Part shown: one piece after another, positions 51,801 through 57,254 of the stretch
How the letters are laid out: each line of letters begins with the position of its first letter
Position numbering within the stretch: position 1 is the first letter of the stretch
From: a virus
IMG/VR virus record: IMGVR_UViG_3300029286_000013
Reading direction: 5' to 3' (one strand)
DNA length: 64,000 bases
The notes under the pieces: model-generated
Databases searched by the model: none
The model's input: the letters and a program-made list of their open reading frames with translations, nothing else
Told to the model about the DNA's origin: nothing
Position numbers and translations under genes: made by a program

Positions 51801-53084
51801 AATGCAATTAACGATCCAGTAACAATAGTATCAACTTGGACTGGTGGTGGATATGTTTGGTTAGATAAGACATTCACAATTACAACTACTCTTGCTACTG
51901 CCACAACTGCATCTAATGACAGAATAACAGTATCTAGTTCACTTGAATTAATATTAGGAACACCAATTATCTTTACTGGTTCTGACTTATTGGGAGGATT
52001 GGAATCTGAAGTTACTGCTGGCAGTTTTACAGAAGGCAATACATATCAAATCAATAGTCAAGGTACTACTGACTTCACACTAATAGGTGCATTGAATAAT
52101 AATGTAGGAACTAACTTTGTTGCAACAGGAGTTGGTACAGGTACAGGAACTGCTACTGCAATTTATTATGTATATGATAAACCTTCTGCAACAACCTTTA
52201 GAGTCACTGCGGTTCGTGATGGTGATGTATTTGCATTGACTAATGACACTGGTTCAATGAACGTATCACAGTGGGAACAAGGCAATGTTGATAGACTATG
52301 GGTAACTATAAATGGTTATCGTATTCCATCAAGTGCATTGAGATTAAATCCTGATAATAATTTAAGTATACTATCAACAGTTGAGCCAGGTGATGTTGTA
52401 ATTATTACAAGTATGATACCAACAGCAACACCTAATCAAGCAGTATATCTACAAAATGTTAACAAGACCGGAGTACCGTCTGTATACAGAGCAAACTCAT
52501 TAACAAGAACTTGGTTGACTGAAACCCTACAAGATACTGACGATACTATCTATGTAGAAGATGTGACTATGATTACAGAAACTATCATTCAAAATGAAAC
52601 TGCTCCTGCTGAGATTGACGGAATTATAAGCATTGGTCTTGAGGGTGACAAACAGGCAATTTGTCAGGTAATTGTATACAACAATGACACTACTCAGACT
52701 GTTGACCCTGCAGATTATTATATTGCAGTTGAGGCAACAGCTCCGATACTTAAAATAACTGGTGGGGTTTCTGGAGGTGAGTTGTTAACAATTACAGTCA
52801 TATTGGGTAATTTGATATATGTTAACGGTGAGCAGATTGGATTTACCACAGTAAACTTTGACACAAACACAGTGACAGGATTGCAACGTGGTGCTAACGG
52901 AACAGGAGAACAGACATTTATTCCTAAATATTCTGAAGTTTATGGTATATTGTCATCTAATAAACTACCTACTGTTTATAACGCACTTACTTGGAATTCG
53001 TACAACTATAATCTAGTAGACGGTGATCCATTACAAATTAGTACGACATTTAGTGCTAATTTCTTAAATGCTGATGTTCCATAA
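33870..53084 (+). CDS. Giant 6404-aa baseplate-associated virion protein (gp7 position) with propeller and small beta-rich repeat domains
   Basis: Continuous ORF after gp6. FGYSI/FGSTI FG-GAP-like blades, AVG..G.I.TS.DG..W BNR-like blades, KPYH motif, many repeated modules. Confidence 0.8.
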   Translation: MAARIRTLNFLPEIFQTPTNSQFLGATLDQIVDQPNTMRIEGYIGSKFGYGINAKDNYVVEPTKVRRDYQLDPGVVFTKTNTNTAKDFISYPGIIDALKLEGALTDNNDRLFNSEFYSWDSFTNLDKIINFNQYYWLPTGAPSVNISTDIVYTATDYTVRSLPNGYNISSDVNPAGTTNPTLTLIRGGTYTFTVNQPTEFWIQGKPGITGYDPQQLNLQTRDVLGVENNGTTTGVVIFTVPYKNAQDEYNFPGNNLVDVVSTTPFDQINGQLLSDVGNIDGVTGLEGLTVMFYNTGVVDEQGFTSKFYDTTLFDEDGGASYTPPGTSADFNNFEGGFYTDVSATFYTITYVGDPSDPVLRLVPASNIPTNEKITANYGTEWKARNFFRNTSGSINLVPYLSAILDTLYYQDGTSANKVGIIRLIESNSTNQIDITEILGQQQYTSPNGVVFTNGLKVSFSGDIFPTSYKDGEYYVEGVGTAIELLNVADLITPEPFTEGAYTPFDSLPYDIGNYDSTLYIPVYQDYITIARNSIDKNAWSRSNRWFHIDVINATATYNNNPAIATIYATQDNKAKRPIIEFYPNLRLFNNGVVGKDPIDFFDDRTTDAFTLVAGQENYWPDVETYTAYTATIAGVTGTSTTITIAASDVTGTFQVGQYISDTTNVLPRNTQITTITGTSTLTLTVTWDTSTTIPATTGSSLVANDLSNDNYSLYDGARIVFSADTNENVRNKIYVVRFSDIQGTGTPVITLTEASDGLVLPLECTFAFKGYNNEGKDFYFDGIEWLIAQQKTTVNQAPYFDIFDNDGISFGNTDVYVGTSFAGNKLFSYGIGSGIKDIVLGFPLRYSAVNNVGDISFDVPLNSETFNYVSGTNPITQKVNTGYVYNYTSGTTVVRQLGWQTAVAESRQYQIFSFNYVASEATTTYTCDIAASTNTVWPNIQVYVNNVLQDTSTYTFTITDNTTVVNFTVPNPLIDTVVEITLLSDQVSPTAYYQIPINLQNNPFNDDVSVVNVGDIRGQYQSIFYNNPNTTGDVFGSNNYRDLGNLVPWGNKIIQNSASLALPGSLLRSQNNNLINSLQYNSQQYITFRSLLVYTIDRTEYNIYQTPATILDDALDQITQNKTESEPFFWSDMLPSKAAYATNTYTFANSLDTSIYPLTRIYNFDTANYYGVLVYLTTTVDNFTSTQQLIVNQDYTVSTDTPSLTITKDLSAGDIVTIKEYNQTFGSYVPNTPTKLGLYPSFIPGVVLDSNYSQPTYFIQGHDGSYTKLYGEYIDGNLVDFRDQALLEFESRVYNNLKLTDIVPITEYDVIPGFFRTTNYSYDEVLQIYSQYFLNWVGQNRIEYKKQFYQPNDQFSYNYTQSGNRINGQPIPQGFWRGIYEYFYDTSTPNTTPWEMIGFTNQPTWWTDRYGAAPYTSDNLVLWGDMAAGINWNNGDPIVLPEFIREELLSVIPVDGAGNLLSPFDAVMGNYNFRTFRNEWAVGDVGPVEFSYRRSSSWPFDLMKILALTKPAKFFNLGFDVDNYKFSTEFNQYLVNNRSHLVISDVAIYGNGTAKTSYINWIVDYEKQVGINATQNITDLFDNLDVRLIYRLAGFSDKSLLGFYVEKGTPNSRNASLLIPDESYSVVLYDNVPITTVIYSGVVVQSTNAGWKVFGNSQDTAYFTTVTPKINGNYNKVTVGNISVQLANDYTENKTNIVPYGTEFLDLQSLSQFIANYGRYLLTQGVLFDQIESGIDVNWRQMVTELLYWAQSGWETGSLINLNPAANLITINKDSHIVQPLTLQRQNFILNQNFYPIQSNELSVTRDSTFFSATPLNEGDTVAYGQFNISNFEHGIVFDNVTVFNDVLYNLVTGLRQNRILTRGTKSADWNGTIDAQGFILNQNNIEEWSTNQKYTRGSIVKYKNKYWFALKVLNAKEIFEEQYWKETDYNEIQKGLLPNSSTRSYEATLFYDTNKTNLDQDSDLLSWSLIGYRPRDYLALADLTDITQVNVYKNLIKEKGTRIAANSFKGLNLPQGGIDYDVYENWAIKTGEFGGVLNNNFVDFRLNQNQLTGNPSIVGLTTGVYTDGVEQEVPLYSVFNYGRPINNPNVLPTLPSDTPNRVFPDAGYTNFNDVKISSYYYNGLNTATTPLSHLYVNEYVWLADYNSTWQVYTPTSAGQVVGAINNLNGTVTLQFATPHNLTKYQPFAIINFNSNIDGYRIVATVVDPFRVTILLSLSSALTTITGEGVAMKFSSQRVATPSDINNLPLLDSEFVKNKVWVDENDDGSWAVYRKSLNYVYEDELLKTNSLTYGSAVAQTSNLGYLISDAETGVAYRYSYSSVFDSYSIVQTITEGISFGSTIAYSDNLFVISQPTGAAYTDRKVYIYDLVINNLLNELQEVQVIESPDDDSVTNWGSSIALSGDQNWLYISAYEQNLVYVYRKSDLTTLYELSDTITVAGLSAGDSFGYSIATNYYGNIVAVSAPENDTVVADLGTAYSFERLVQTFEAPFTSSPFAPQTFSLIFTPITTPVTVTDTNAGTDRFTCTDSSVLTVGYPIVFTGTVFGGVSLNTVYYVLAKPSGTTFTVSTERGGSTLQLITDTGSMSAVQQTEPIFVSVNGTLIDDNEYGVVGTNINVYQSLTAGDIITVSGSEFVLTQEFTSVDANPEVGTNFGYSLDVDTYANELLIGAPFEINSQNAEGAVYRYTYGGSSYGIVTGTTECNVTAATTILVNGYAVNIPAGNATAAANAITSANITNVTASASNNILTIQVISVDLAFINAKLTVSVLDADVLDQLGIQLYTQTQLINDPHSQGRTQFGSTIKFNSSGSFVVSAPASARYAETTFDASDDENYDNDTLFDNNTTQFIDSFVNAGAVYMYDYLPVYNENVNNSGAYVYAQSVNALNEDYGSQPYYGTALDFNNNSVIIGTPNFRPGYDNGQVVIYNNSSGESDWIVYRNSAPIVDTDAIQNVQLYSVSTNNTLDNLDYIDPLQGKLLGAVRENLDIVSNTDPANYNSPDATNKGSTVWGPGQLGKLWFDTSTTRFVNYHQSDDVVYNSKWWGRVFPGSDVKVYSWVTSDVEPIVYQGPGTPRSIDDYAIEYRLNSTGALVPVYYYWVRNTNIVFNQIGKTLSDTICESYIATPLSTGISYMAAIQPNVFGLYNCGSNINATDTALHIGFATGTNDDVSHSVYSLIRSNYADDFLPGLPGIGDTVVPESLYNRMLESFSGVNQTGAVVPDPFLPKPVQSGILVRPRQSFFYNRFKALENYLQFYNTVLAQYPLAETSSLKFLFTEGAINPSTVDNPNWPGAPELFYNTQDYWELINWWAPGYNDNTKSAMLVESYYDLAPINAQLGLIVTVNKNGDGLQETYVYDGIEWVRIGLQNGTIQFSSSLWDYAEARIGFGDNFFDTTPFDTFPSEETRSIIRAVNEELPSNLLLFRNKSLILMFNYIVSETIESQNYLPWLNKTSFIDVAHTIRELLPLEVFQSDNQEFLAGYLNEAKPYHVVIKDFLFKYTGTNVYEGEITDFDLPAQYNTQFQQYITPELVYANPSSINQYLPTDPIWQTQPYINWFNNQGLSITGVNDYPITLLLSYLTLNSISMVVDNVYGFPTTGVILIGEEEIAYSSVDRAYSTLSGLTRGVNGTTITNHLPGEQIIIDLPPVLLLNGGRGYAEPPKVTAYIDTTIYPAPRRAAILQPVMNLDTILRIDVIDPGEGYQVLPEIRIDPSEIVTFASTDVDVLTNTITLQTQFVQTGDLIQYYVGTDTTAVGGLDDGQYYYLAVLENTPFYVVALYTSYANALQDHDRVVLTNTGTGSNNNIAVSARASCVSTSLPTRENIITLRFDRTTYDSQVTEWAPDNFYGSFYAGLFNNSTRIASSAITLEQTQPPVNDILASAQGATFEIQDITNDQVLTWSSFIRQVGETVAANDAVRLTYDSTQPNASGSTIGFYVGMPVKFVGAVGPVITNNTTYYVAEVINESDFSISTTVSGSVLPLTDYTVTAAGLSCYAGEVTNTAIVTIAYPGILDVTATELTTNFITTPTLPTGTAGTSGFYVGLPVYFVGNVFGGIIENETYYIITVIDSETFTISTTNDPLILTATNTTVTTNLVTVGSTLELSVNDPIIFTGTMFGGLVAGQIYYVASIYNGTQITLSSTINGPVTTLSTATGSCTLTSQTTAVQLTTATGSMTMNVGLPVSPGQVTGQLFTFYPTVASVGTGVSGTNGNLVTRDTVAATSNGDYLYLRYLSGGLTNIYNNLPFVLSESIGGLTAGDTYYVVSNGALAVEVASSSSSTNEYTLASGTLTTGFYIGMPISFSGAVFGNVVALVTYFINSYDLGGDTFTITDTIGGSDLVLTTDNGQMTLTADNPYITLTDTLGDPAIGLTDEILETVFTQDPISSPTFNVGKKLGGYTIDIVNPGSGYTFDNTITISGTDLGGTSPLNDLVLTVSGIDVIVANTNPNYDFLLPVESDGNVTSVIGSGTPAGIVRQYYLKVISATQCEVYANPLLNVPVNGLVLETEYTLGDYVFLPEPFYFNQSIVKYNNQVWQCIISNNDNEFIIGKWELLNSGSRKLNELDRIIGYYDPTVNMPGVDLTQLIEGITYPNSTYLDNAFAPEDQYTLDTILQDQPFYPTSVDTVAISWNGTTYVAAANTPEYSASLLSVDASSWAINKLVNIPVNASDIIYANGLFVIVCESATTPIYTSTDGIVFTTAGGAFTPYDATPYSINNYDSTLLSVESTSLSSVAYGNAIWIAVGENIVLSTDTFSWAQVDTFTNGLVNNLNSVTYVNIPSYVGFISVGNGQEIISGSTQGTSVIKISSDGYVWTTLPIVSYKGFNGVTSSSSMIVAVGEDGVIYTSLNGTNWFGLNESNIISVNASTNVINVGSTTGFQVGNTVRFTQSFNVISSGTTYYVVDVTSSTQLKVSTTSGGSPITLNATNPPSTTFMYIYPTGPTLNDVLYANSLFMAVGNTGTIKTSSDGYTWTIKTSGTTKDLNGITYNSIDGEWIVVGDDNAIITSTNNGNTWISSSVFETAPTVYDVQGDAFTAGYGPEELVPGVVSDNLTMIVTTRPGTDWDTSIYGHAGYNVVSTEIVPDSGQTEFSFEGVVENPANISLFDITTATNTSIRIYDFTVDWVNKVVTIGTALAVDHTLRLDVYEVGNGNQLVKANSQTIPFVDNISTGFVEMPLNCNYSADRFNGSGVIRPNTDPKSVNAIETDAIDNGIVCESVDYFAVNAPITFQGAVFGGIVSGTTYWIKTISYITNKITISASVSGGIAGPTFDVTSATGIMLVNIQSTNGLVWTDPILIHNGTNLVLGEQGIVSETNSGTNTIVVNSTDHYEVGDTIVFSDAIDTGSFVSSGLIAQQQYYITSIVGNEFTVSLTSSGTNVTLANATGIALCVTNDYAIAIADEGITAKIVFANQYTQANDFVVLSVFGETAPVQYGYTVPEVELFELTTAVTEFTLSNYVGGDNAKNAIVEHNGRRLVETSDYTIDFNTETLSLNFGTSAGDTVAVTSYNLTDRQYLHTTYGGTFSGSTTNSFFIGSTTHTPGYDANITAGQFLVGSEYVITKVGTTDFTLIGSTQINAGSFVIGTSYTIDGLGTTDFTLIGATQVAAGSFVIGNVYIINSIGTTDFTLIGASSNTIGLEFVATGVGTGTGTALNNIFVATGIGSGTGTSLESLFTASGAGTGTGTAAIGFDGGVITTAGSFTIGATYEILTVGTTNFTLIGSVDNNVGTMFTATGVGTGTGTAGTGLYSPGPDYLTLSSGNTNSLNINDAITFTGTTFGGIVANQTYYVVNIISSTEFAVSETPGGSAIQLTTDFGSMIGITNPPTVAPISGVDNLITAPITVGITSTTITTNVVTCSSTIGFSPGQPIMFKRSNPATPYGNILCDGTVYFIKTVVNGFDFTISETPSGPVMVQVTTSGAILAEVSGNPAVSITTGVPHNLAENDIVRIDGTLGSVQLNNNTYYAKIISATQIALYNSAYDPTANAINDPVTIVSTWTGGGYVWLDKTFTITTTLATATTASNDRITVSSSLELILGTPIIFTGSDLLGGLESEVTAGSFTEGNTYQINSQGTTDFTLIGALNNNVGTNFVATGVGTGTGTATAIYYVYDKPSATTFRVTAVRDGDVFALTNDTGSMNVSQWEQGNVDRLWVTINGYRIPSSALRLNPDNNLSILSTVEPGDVVIITSMIPTATPNQAVYLQNVNKTGVPSVYRANSLTRTWLTETLQDTDDTIYVEDVTMITETIIQNETAPAEIDGIISIGLEGDKQAICQVIVYNNDTTQTVDPADYYIAVEATAPILKITGGVSGGELLTITVILGNLIYVNGEQIGFTTVNFDTNTVTGLQRGANGTGEQTFIPKYSEVYGILSSNKLPTVYNALTWNSYNYNLVDGDPLQISTTFSANFLNADVP

Positions 53085-53099
53085 GAGATAAATAAGTAA

Positions 53100-53249
53100 A
53101 TGAATAATAATCAAGAAAATAGAATAGAAGACAAACCGGAAGTTGGACCAAAGCCCGATGAGTCCGGCGGTTTCTATTTTTCATCATTTCTAAAAATAAC
53201 AGATCCAAACACTAAAGAAGTTTTGGTTCAAACACGGGGCGATAACTAA
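53100..53249 (+). CDS. 49-aa small protein
   Basis: MNNNQEN..KPDESGGFYFSSFLKITDPNTKEVLVQTRGDN. Late promoter upstream, TAATG overlap with next gene. Below the ORF-track cutoff. Confidence 0.75.
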   Translation: MNNNQENRIEDKPEVGPKPDESGGFYFSSFLKITDPNTKEVLVQTRGDN

Positions 53250-53869
53250 TGTCAGGAATACAATTAACATATAAAATTGAAGGCTTTTTGAAAGTCTACG
53301 ATCCCAATAACGGGGAAGTGTTCGTGGATAAACATAATGCCATTAATTATGAAAATATGTCAGAAGCAATTGCTGACACATTAAGTAGTCGTGGCTACGG
53401 AGAAATCTATCAAATGGCATTTGGTAATGGTGGTGCGTCAGTTGACGAAACCGGAGTTATCACTTATTTGCCCCCAAATACAACAGGTCAGAATGCGGCA
53501 CTATACAATCAAACCTACGCTAAAATCGTAGATGATACAAGTGTTTTTAATCTTGACCCTACAAGAAATAAAATGACTGTATCTCACACAACAGGCCGTG
53601 TATATACAGACATTTTGGTACAATGTTTACTAGACTACGGCGAGCCGTCAGGACAGGCAGCATTTGATAATAGCACACAAACTGATTCAAGCTATATTTT
53701 TGACGAATTAGGTTTATTAGCAAACTATGGAACTGATAGTAACGGAAACGTTATTACACGATTATTGACGCACGTTATTTTTCACCCAGTCCAAAAGAGT
53801 TTAAATAGACAAATTCAGATAGATTATACTGTCAGAATCCAAGCACTAACGAACTTAGTGACGATATAA
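53249..53869 (+). CDS. Baseplate / tail structural protein
   Basis: MAFGNGG, FDELGL, THVIFHPVQKS..IQIDYTVRI; context. Confidence 0.6.
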   Translation: MSGIQLTYKIEGFLKVYDPNNGEVFVDKHNAINYENMSEAIADTLSSRGYGEIYQMAFGNGGASVDETGVITYLPPNTTGQNAALYNQTYAKIVDDTSVFNLDPTRNKMTVSHTTGRVYTDILVQCLLDYGEPSGQAAFDNSTQTDSSYIFDELGLLANYGTDSNGNVITRLLTHVIFHPVQKSLNRQIQIDYTVRIQALTNLVTI

Positions 53870-53901
53870 GATAAATAAAAGAGAACACCGGAGTAATATA
53901 A

Positions 53902-55134
53902 ATGGCATATACAATTGTAAAAAGTGATGGAACTGTTCTAACGACCATCGCTGACGGTACCATAAATACCACTAGCACTTCCGTAGGACTTCCTGGAAGA
54001 AACTTTGCTGGTTATGGTCAAACACTAGACACAAACTTTGTTCACCAACTAGAAAATTTTGCAGATACAACACCACCAGCTAATCCGTTAACTGGTCAAT
54101 TATGGTATAACACTAATGCAAACACATTGTATGTTTGCCCTACAGATGGATTATCAAACGCAAATGCGTGGGTGTCATTAGCTGTAAGTTCAGCAAACTC
54201 CACAACTACTTTTGGTTCAGTTCAAGTTACCGGTAATTTATCAGCAAATAATGTTACTGCTGTTAATAATGTTCAAGGCGCAAATGGAATTTTTACAAAT
54301 ATTTCTGTAAGTTCTACAGCAAATATTAGTTCAGGTACAGCAAACATTGGTACTGGTAATATTGGTTCATTGTTTACTCAATCTATCAATGCAGGATCAC
54401 AGTCAACCGCAGTAACATTAACAGGTGTATTAACTCAGAACGGTGCAGGTACTGCTAATAGCATTGCTGGTACAAGTATGTGGGTTACTGGTGGTAACTT
54501 AGTGGTAGGCGGAGTAGGTAGTCCCTTAGGTATTAGAACAGATGGTTATTATTATGCCAATGGCGCCAATATCAATTTTGGAGGCACTTACTCAAATAGT
54601 AATGTACAAGCACTTCTACCAGTATACAACGGCGCAATTCTTGCAACAACTGTTACATTAACAACATTAACAACTGGATCAAATACAACAGCCGGTACAA
54701 TGACAGGTAATTTCACACTAAGTGCAGGATCACGACTACAGTCAACTTATGCTGACTTGGCAGAACGCTTTGAAGCTGATGCTTTCTATGATGCAGGTAC
54801 TGTTGTTGAGATGGGCGGAGACAAAGAAATTACTGCGGTGCAATACGAATTATCAGAAGATGTATTTGGTGTTGTATCGTCAACTGCGGGTTACTTGATG
54901 AACGCTATGGCAGGTAATGATGACACCCATCCTGCAATTGCAGTTGGTGGACGAGTTCAAGTTAAGGTTATAGGTAAAGTTAAAAAAGGCCAGCGTTTAG
55001 TAAGCGCAGGCAATGGTATGGCACGTGCCGCACAAAAGGGTGAGGCAACTGCATTCAACACTATCGGTCGTTCATTGGAAGATAAACTGACAGATGAAAT
55101 AGGGGCCGTAGAAGCCTTCGTTAAAATAAATTAA
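53902..55134 (+). CDS. Tail fibre with C-terminal intramolecular chaperone (peptidase G2-like autocleavage domain)
   Basis: N-terminal LENFA..P..P..GQLWY; C-terminal YADLAE..GTVV..GVVS..GRVQVKV.G.VKKG. Confidence 0.75.
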   Translation: MAYTIVKSDGTVLTTIADGTINTTSTSVGLPGRNFAGYGQTLDTNFVHQLENFADTTPPANPLTGQLWYNTNANTLYVCPTDGLSNANAWVSLAVSSANSTTTFGSVQVTGNLSANNVTAVNNVQGANGIFTNISVSSTANISSGTANIGTGNIGSLFTQSINAGSQSTAVTLTGVLTQNGAGTANSIAGTSMWVTGGNLVVGGVGSPLGIRTDGYYYANGANINFGGTYSNSNVQALLPVYNGAILATTVTLTTLTTGSNTTAGTMTGNFTLSAGSRLQSTYADLAERFEADAFYDAGTVVEMGGDKEITAVQYELSEDVFGVVSSTAGYLMNAMAGNDDTHPAIAVGGRVQVKVIGKVKKGQRLVSAGNGMARAAQKGEATAFNTIGRSLEDKLTDEIGAVEAFVKIN

Positions 55135-55143
55135 GGATAAACA

Positions 55144-56097
55144 ATGAGTTACGCACAATATCAAACAATTGCAGCCGCAGATTACAATGCTTTAGTTGGA
55201 GGAAACCCGGCTACAGCATCAGGAACATTGAATACTGTTTGGGCTACCGGTGGTACCACAGCTGGTTATGGTCAACCTGCATTAGCAAACGTTGCAACCG
55301 GTGATACTATTTTAGCATCAAGTTGGGCTAATTTAGTAAATAGAACTGCAAATGCAGCCACACATCAGGGTACTTCTATCACCAGCGTAACTGCCCCAGC
55401 AACAGGTGGAACAATTACATATCTTTCTGCTATTCCTACTAATCTAACAACCATTTATACAAGTAGATTGAATGCGGCAACGCAAAGCTCTACTACATCA
55501 AATACTGTAGTAGCCGGTGCCACTTGGACAAGTATTGCAACCTTTACGCAAACAGTTACTTTTGCAAACGGAGATGCGGCACGTTACTTCTTTAATTCAG
55601 GTGGTCAATTAGCAATGACTGTATCACATGCTAATAATACTGCCGGTATCAATTTATTATTAAATAACTTGTGTTCTAATGTTGGTACAGTTGTATTGTC
55701 TGCTCCTACATCAGGTACAGTAACTATTGCTGGAACACCATATAGCGGTGTCACACGTATAGGTGGTGGTGGAAATTCACCAACTATCAGTGCTAACAGC
55801 GGTTACTATGCACTAACAACAAGTAATGCTAATGTTTACTATCAAACAGCATCAACCGGCCCAGCAGGTTATCTATCAACTAACATCAACATCTTTGTTA
55901 AGACAAATGGTACAGTTGGTAGTAATGGTGACGTTGGTAACGTTATTACAATCACTACAGTTTGGGATGAAATTCCAAACGGCTTAACAGTTGGTACAGG
56001 TTCAACAACAGTATTAACAGTTCGTCCACCAGAAGTTACTAATTTAGCCAATACATGGGGTACAATCTCATTGGCTGGTTCAGTTTCAGTATCTTAA
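55144..56097 (+). CDS. Virion structural protein (fibre-associated)
   Basis: GYGQ, ARYFFNSGG, Thr/Ala rich; AGGA site. Confidence 0.6.
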   Translation: MSYAQYQTIAAADYNALVGGNPATASGTLNTVWATGGTTAGYGQPALANVATGDTILASSWANLVNRTANAATHQGTSITSVTAPATGGTITYLSAIPTNLTTIYTSRLNAATQSSTTSNTVVAGATWTSIATFTQTVTFANGDAARYFFNSGGQLAMTVSHANNTAGINLLLNNLCSNVGTVVLSAPTSGTVTIAGTPYSGVTRIGGGGNSPTISANSGYYALTTSNANVYYQTASTGPAGYLSTNINIFVKTNGTVGSNGDVGNVITITTVWDEIPNGLTVGTGSTTVLTVRPPEVTNLANTWGTISLAGSVSVS

Positions 56098-56148
56098 TTT
56101 TTCAATAGATTGGTATCTATCTAAATACTCTTAAGTCAGGAGTTATAG

Positions 56149-56454
56149 ATGGATACCAAAACCTTAATCAGCGAGGCTAAAGCCCGCTTCAATCTCAATA
56201 CTGCCAAAGCGCAATTAAAAGACAAATACGATGGAAAACTAATACTAGCCGATCAAGGTGGGCTTTGGAAAGCCGACCCGGAAACAATTAATTTTTTAAA
56301 TTCTTCAGATGATGAGGAGATGATTTTAATTGACAATTTTAATAATCCAGTTAACGTTAATAGAATCACTCTTTTAACCAAACTTAAAGAAACCCGTACA
56401 TCTATTATGCTAGCATGGTATAACGATTATAAAGAAATAGAGAACAAGAGATGA
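56149..56454 (+). CDS. Hypothetical protein, first gene of late modification operon
   Basis: CTAAATA promoter and AGGAG upstream; ATGA overlap with next gene. Confidence 0.7.
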   Translation: MDTKTLISEAKARFNLNTAKAQLKDKYDGKLILADQGGLWKADPETINFLNSSDDEEMILIDNFNNPVNVNRITLLTKLKETRTSIMLAWYNDYKEIENKR

Positions 56455-57254
56455 GTAGAGGGGCAATATTATTTGCATTCAACTCGCCAAAGTTTGATTA
56501 CTATAAAATGGCAGTTGCTACTGCAAAACGAATCAATCACTTTTTAGATATGCCTGTAACAGTTGTGACAGATGAATCTTCAGTTTCTAACGATCCTTAC
56601 AAATTTGATAACACAATATTAGTTGAACCTGACAAAAGCAATAACAGAGACTGGGGAATTTGGATCAATAAAGGTCGCTATCAGGCGTATGAACTAAGTC
56701 CATACGATGAAACATTGTTGCTTGATACTGACTATATGGTCAACTCAAATAAGATACTAGACATATTTAATTATTATGATGATTTCTGTTGTCACAATAA
56801 AACAAGTTATTTGATGCAACCTGGCTTAGTACAAGAAGTTCTTAGTGTTTATAGTTTTGAAACATTATGGGCTACTGTTGTTGCATTTAAAAAATCAAAT
56901 CGTACTAAACAAATATTTGAATGTTTAGAAATGGTTCAGAAAAACTTTGAACATTACAGTAATTTACATGGATTCGTTGCTGGAACATTTAGAAATGATT
57001 ATGCATTAACTCTTGCACTTAGAATAGTTAATGGACATACCTCAGTTGACCAAGATTTTATCCCGTGGAATTTAGTTCATTTAGGTCAAAAGAATGTACA
57101 TATCTATAGAAATAATGACAATGAATTTAATAATCAATATACTATAATATATGATAATTGGCAACGAGGTAAAGTCAAAAAAGAATATACAACAATCAAA
57201 GACATGGATTTTCATGTGATGAATAAACTTAACTTTATGGAATTAATAGAATGA
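56451..57254 (+). CDS. GT-A fold glycosyltransferase-like protein
   Basis: VTVVTD, YELSPYDETLLLDTD (DxD), RNDYA. Confidence 0.65.
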   Translation: MSRGAILFAFNSPKFDYYKMAVATAKRINHFLDMPVTVVTDESSVSNDPYKFDNTILVEPDKSNNRDWGIWINKGRYQAYELSPYDETLLLDTDYMVNSNKILDIFNYYDDFCCHNKTSYLMQPGLVQEVLSVYSFETLWATVVAFKKSNRTKQIFECLEMVQKNFEHYSNLHGFVAGTFRNDYALTLALRIVNGHTSVDQDFIPWNLVHLGQKNVHIYRNNDNEFNNQYTIIYDNWQRGKVKKEYTTIKDMDFHVMNKLNFMELIE

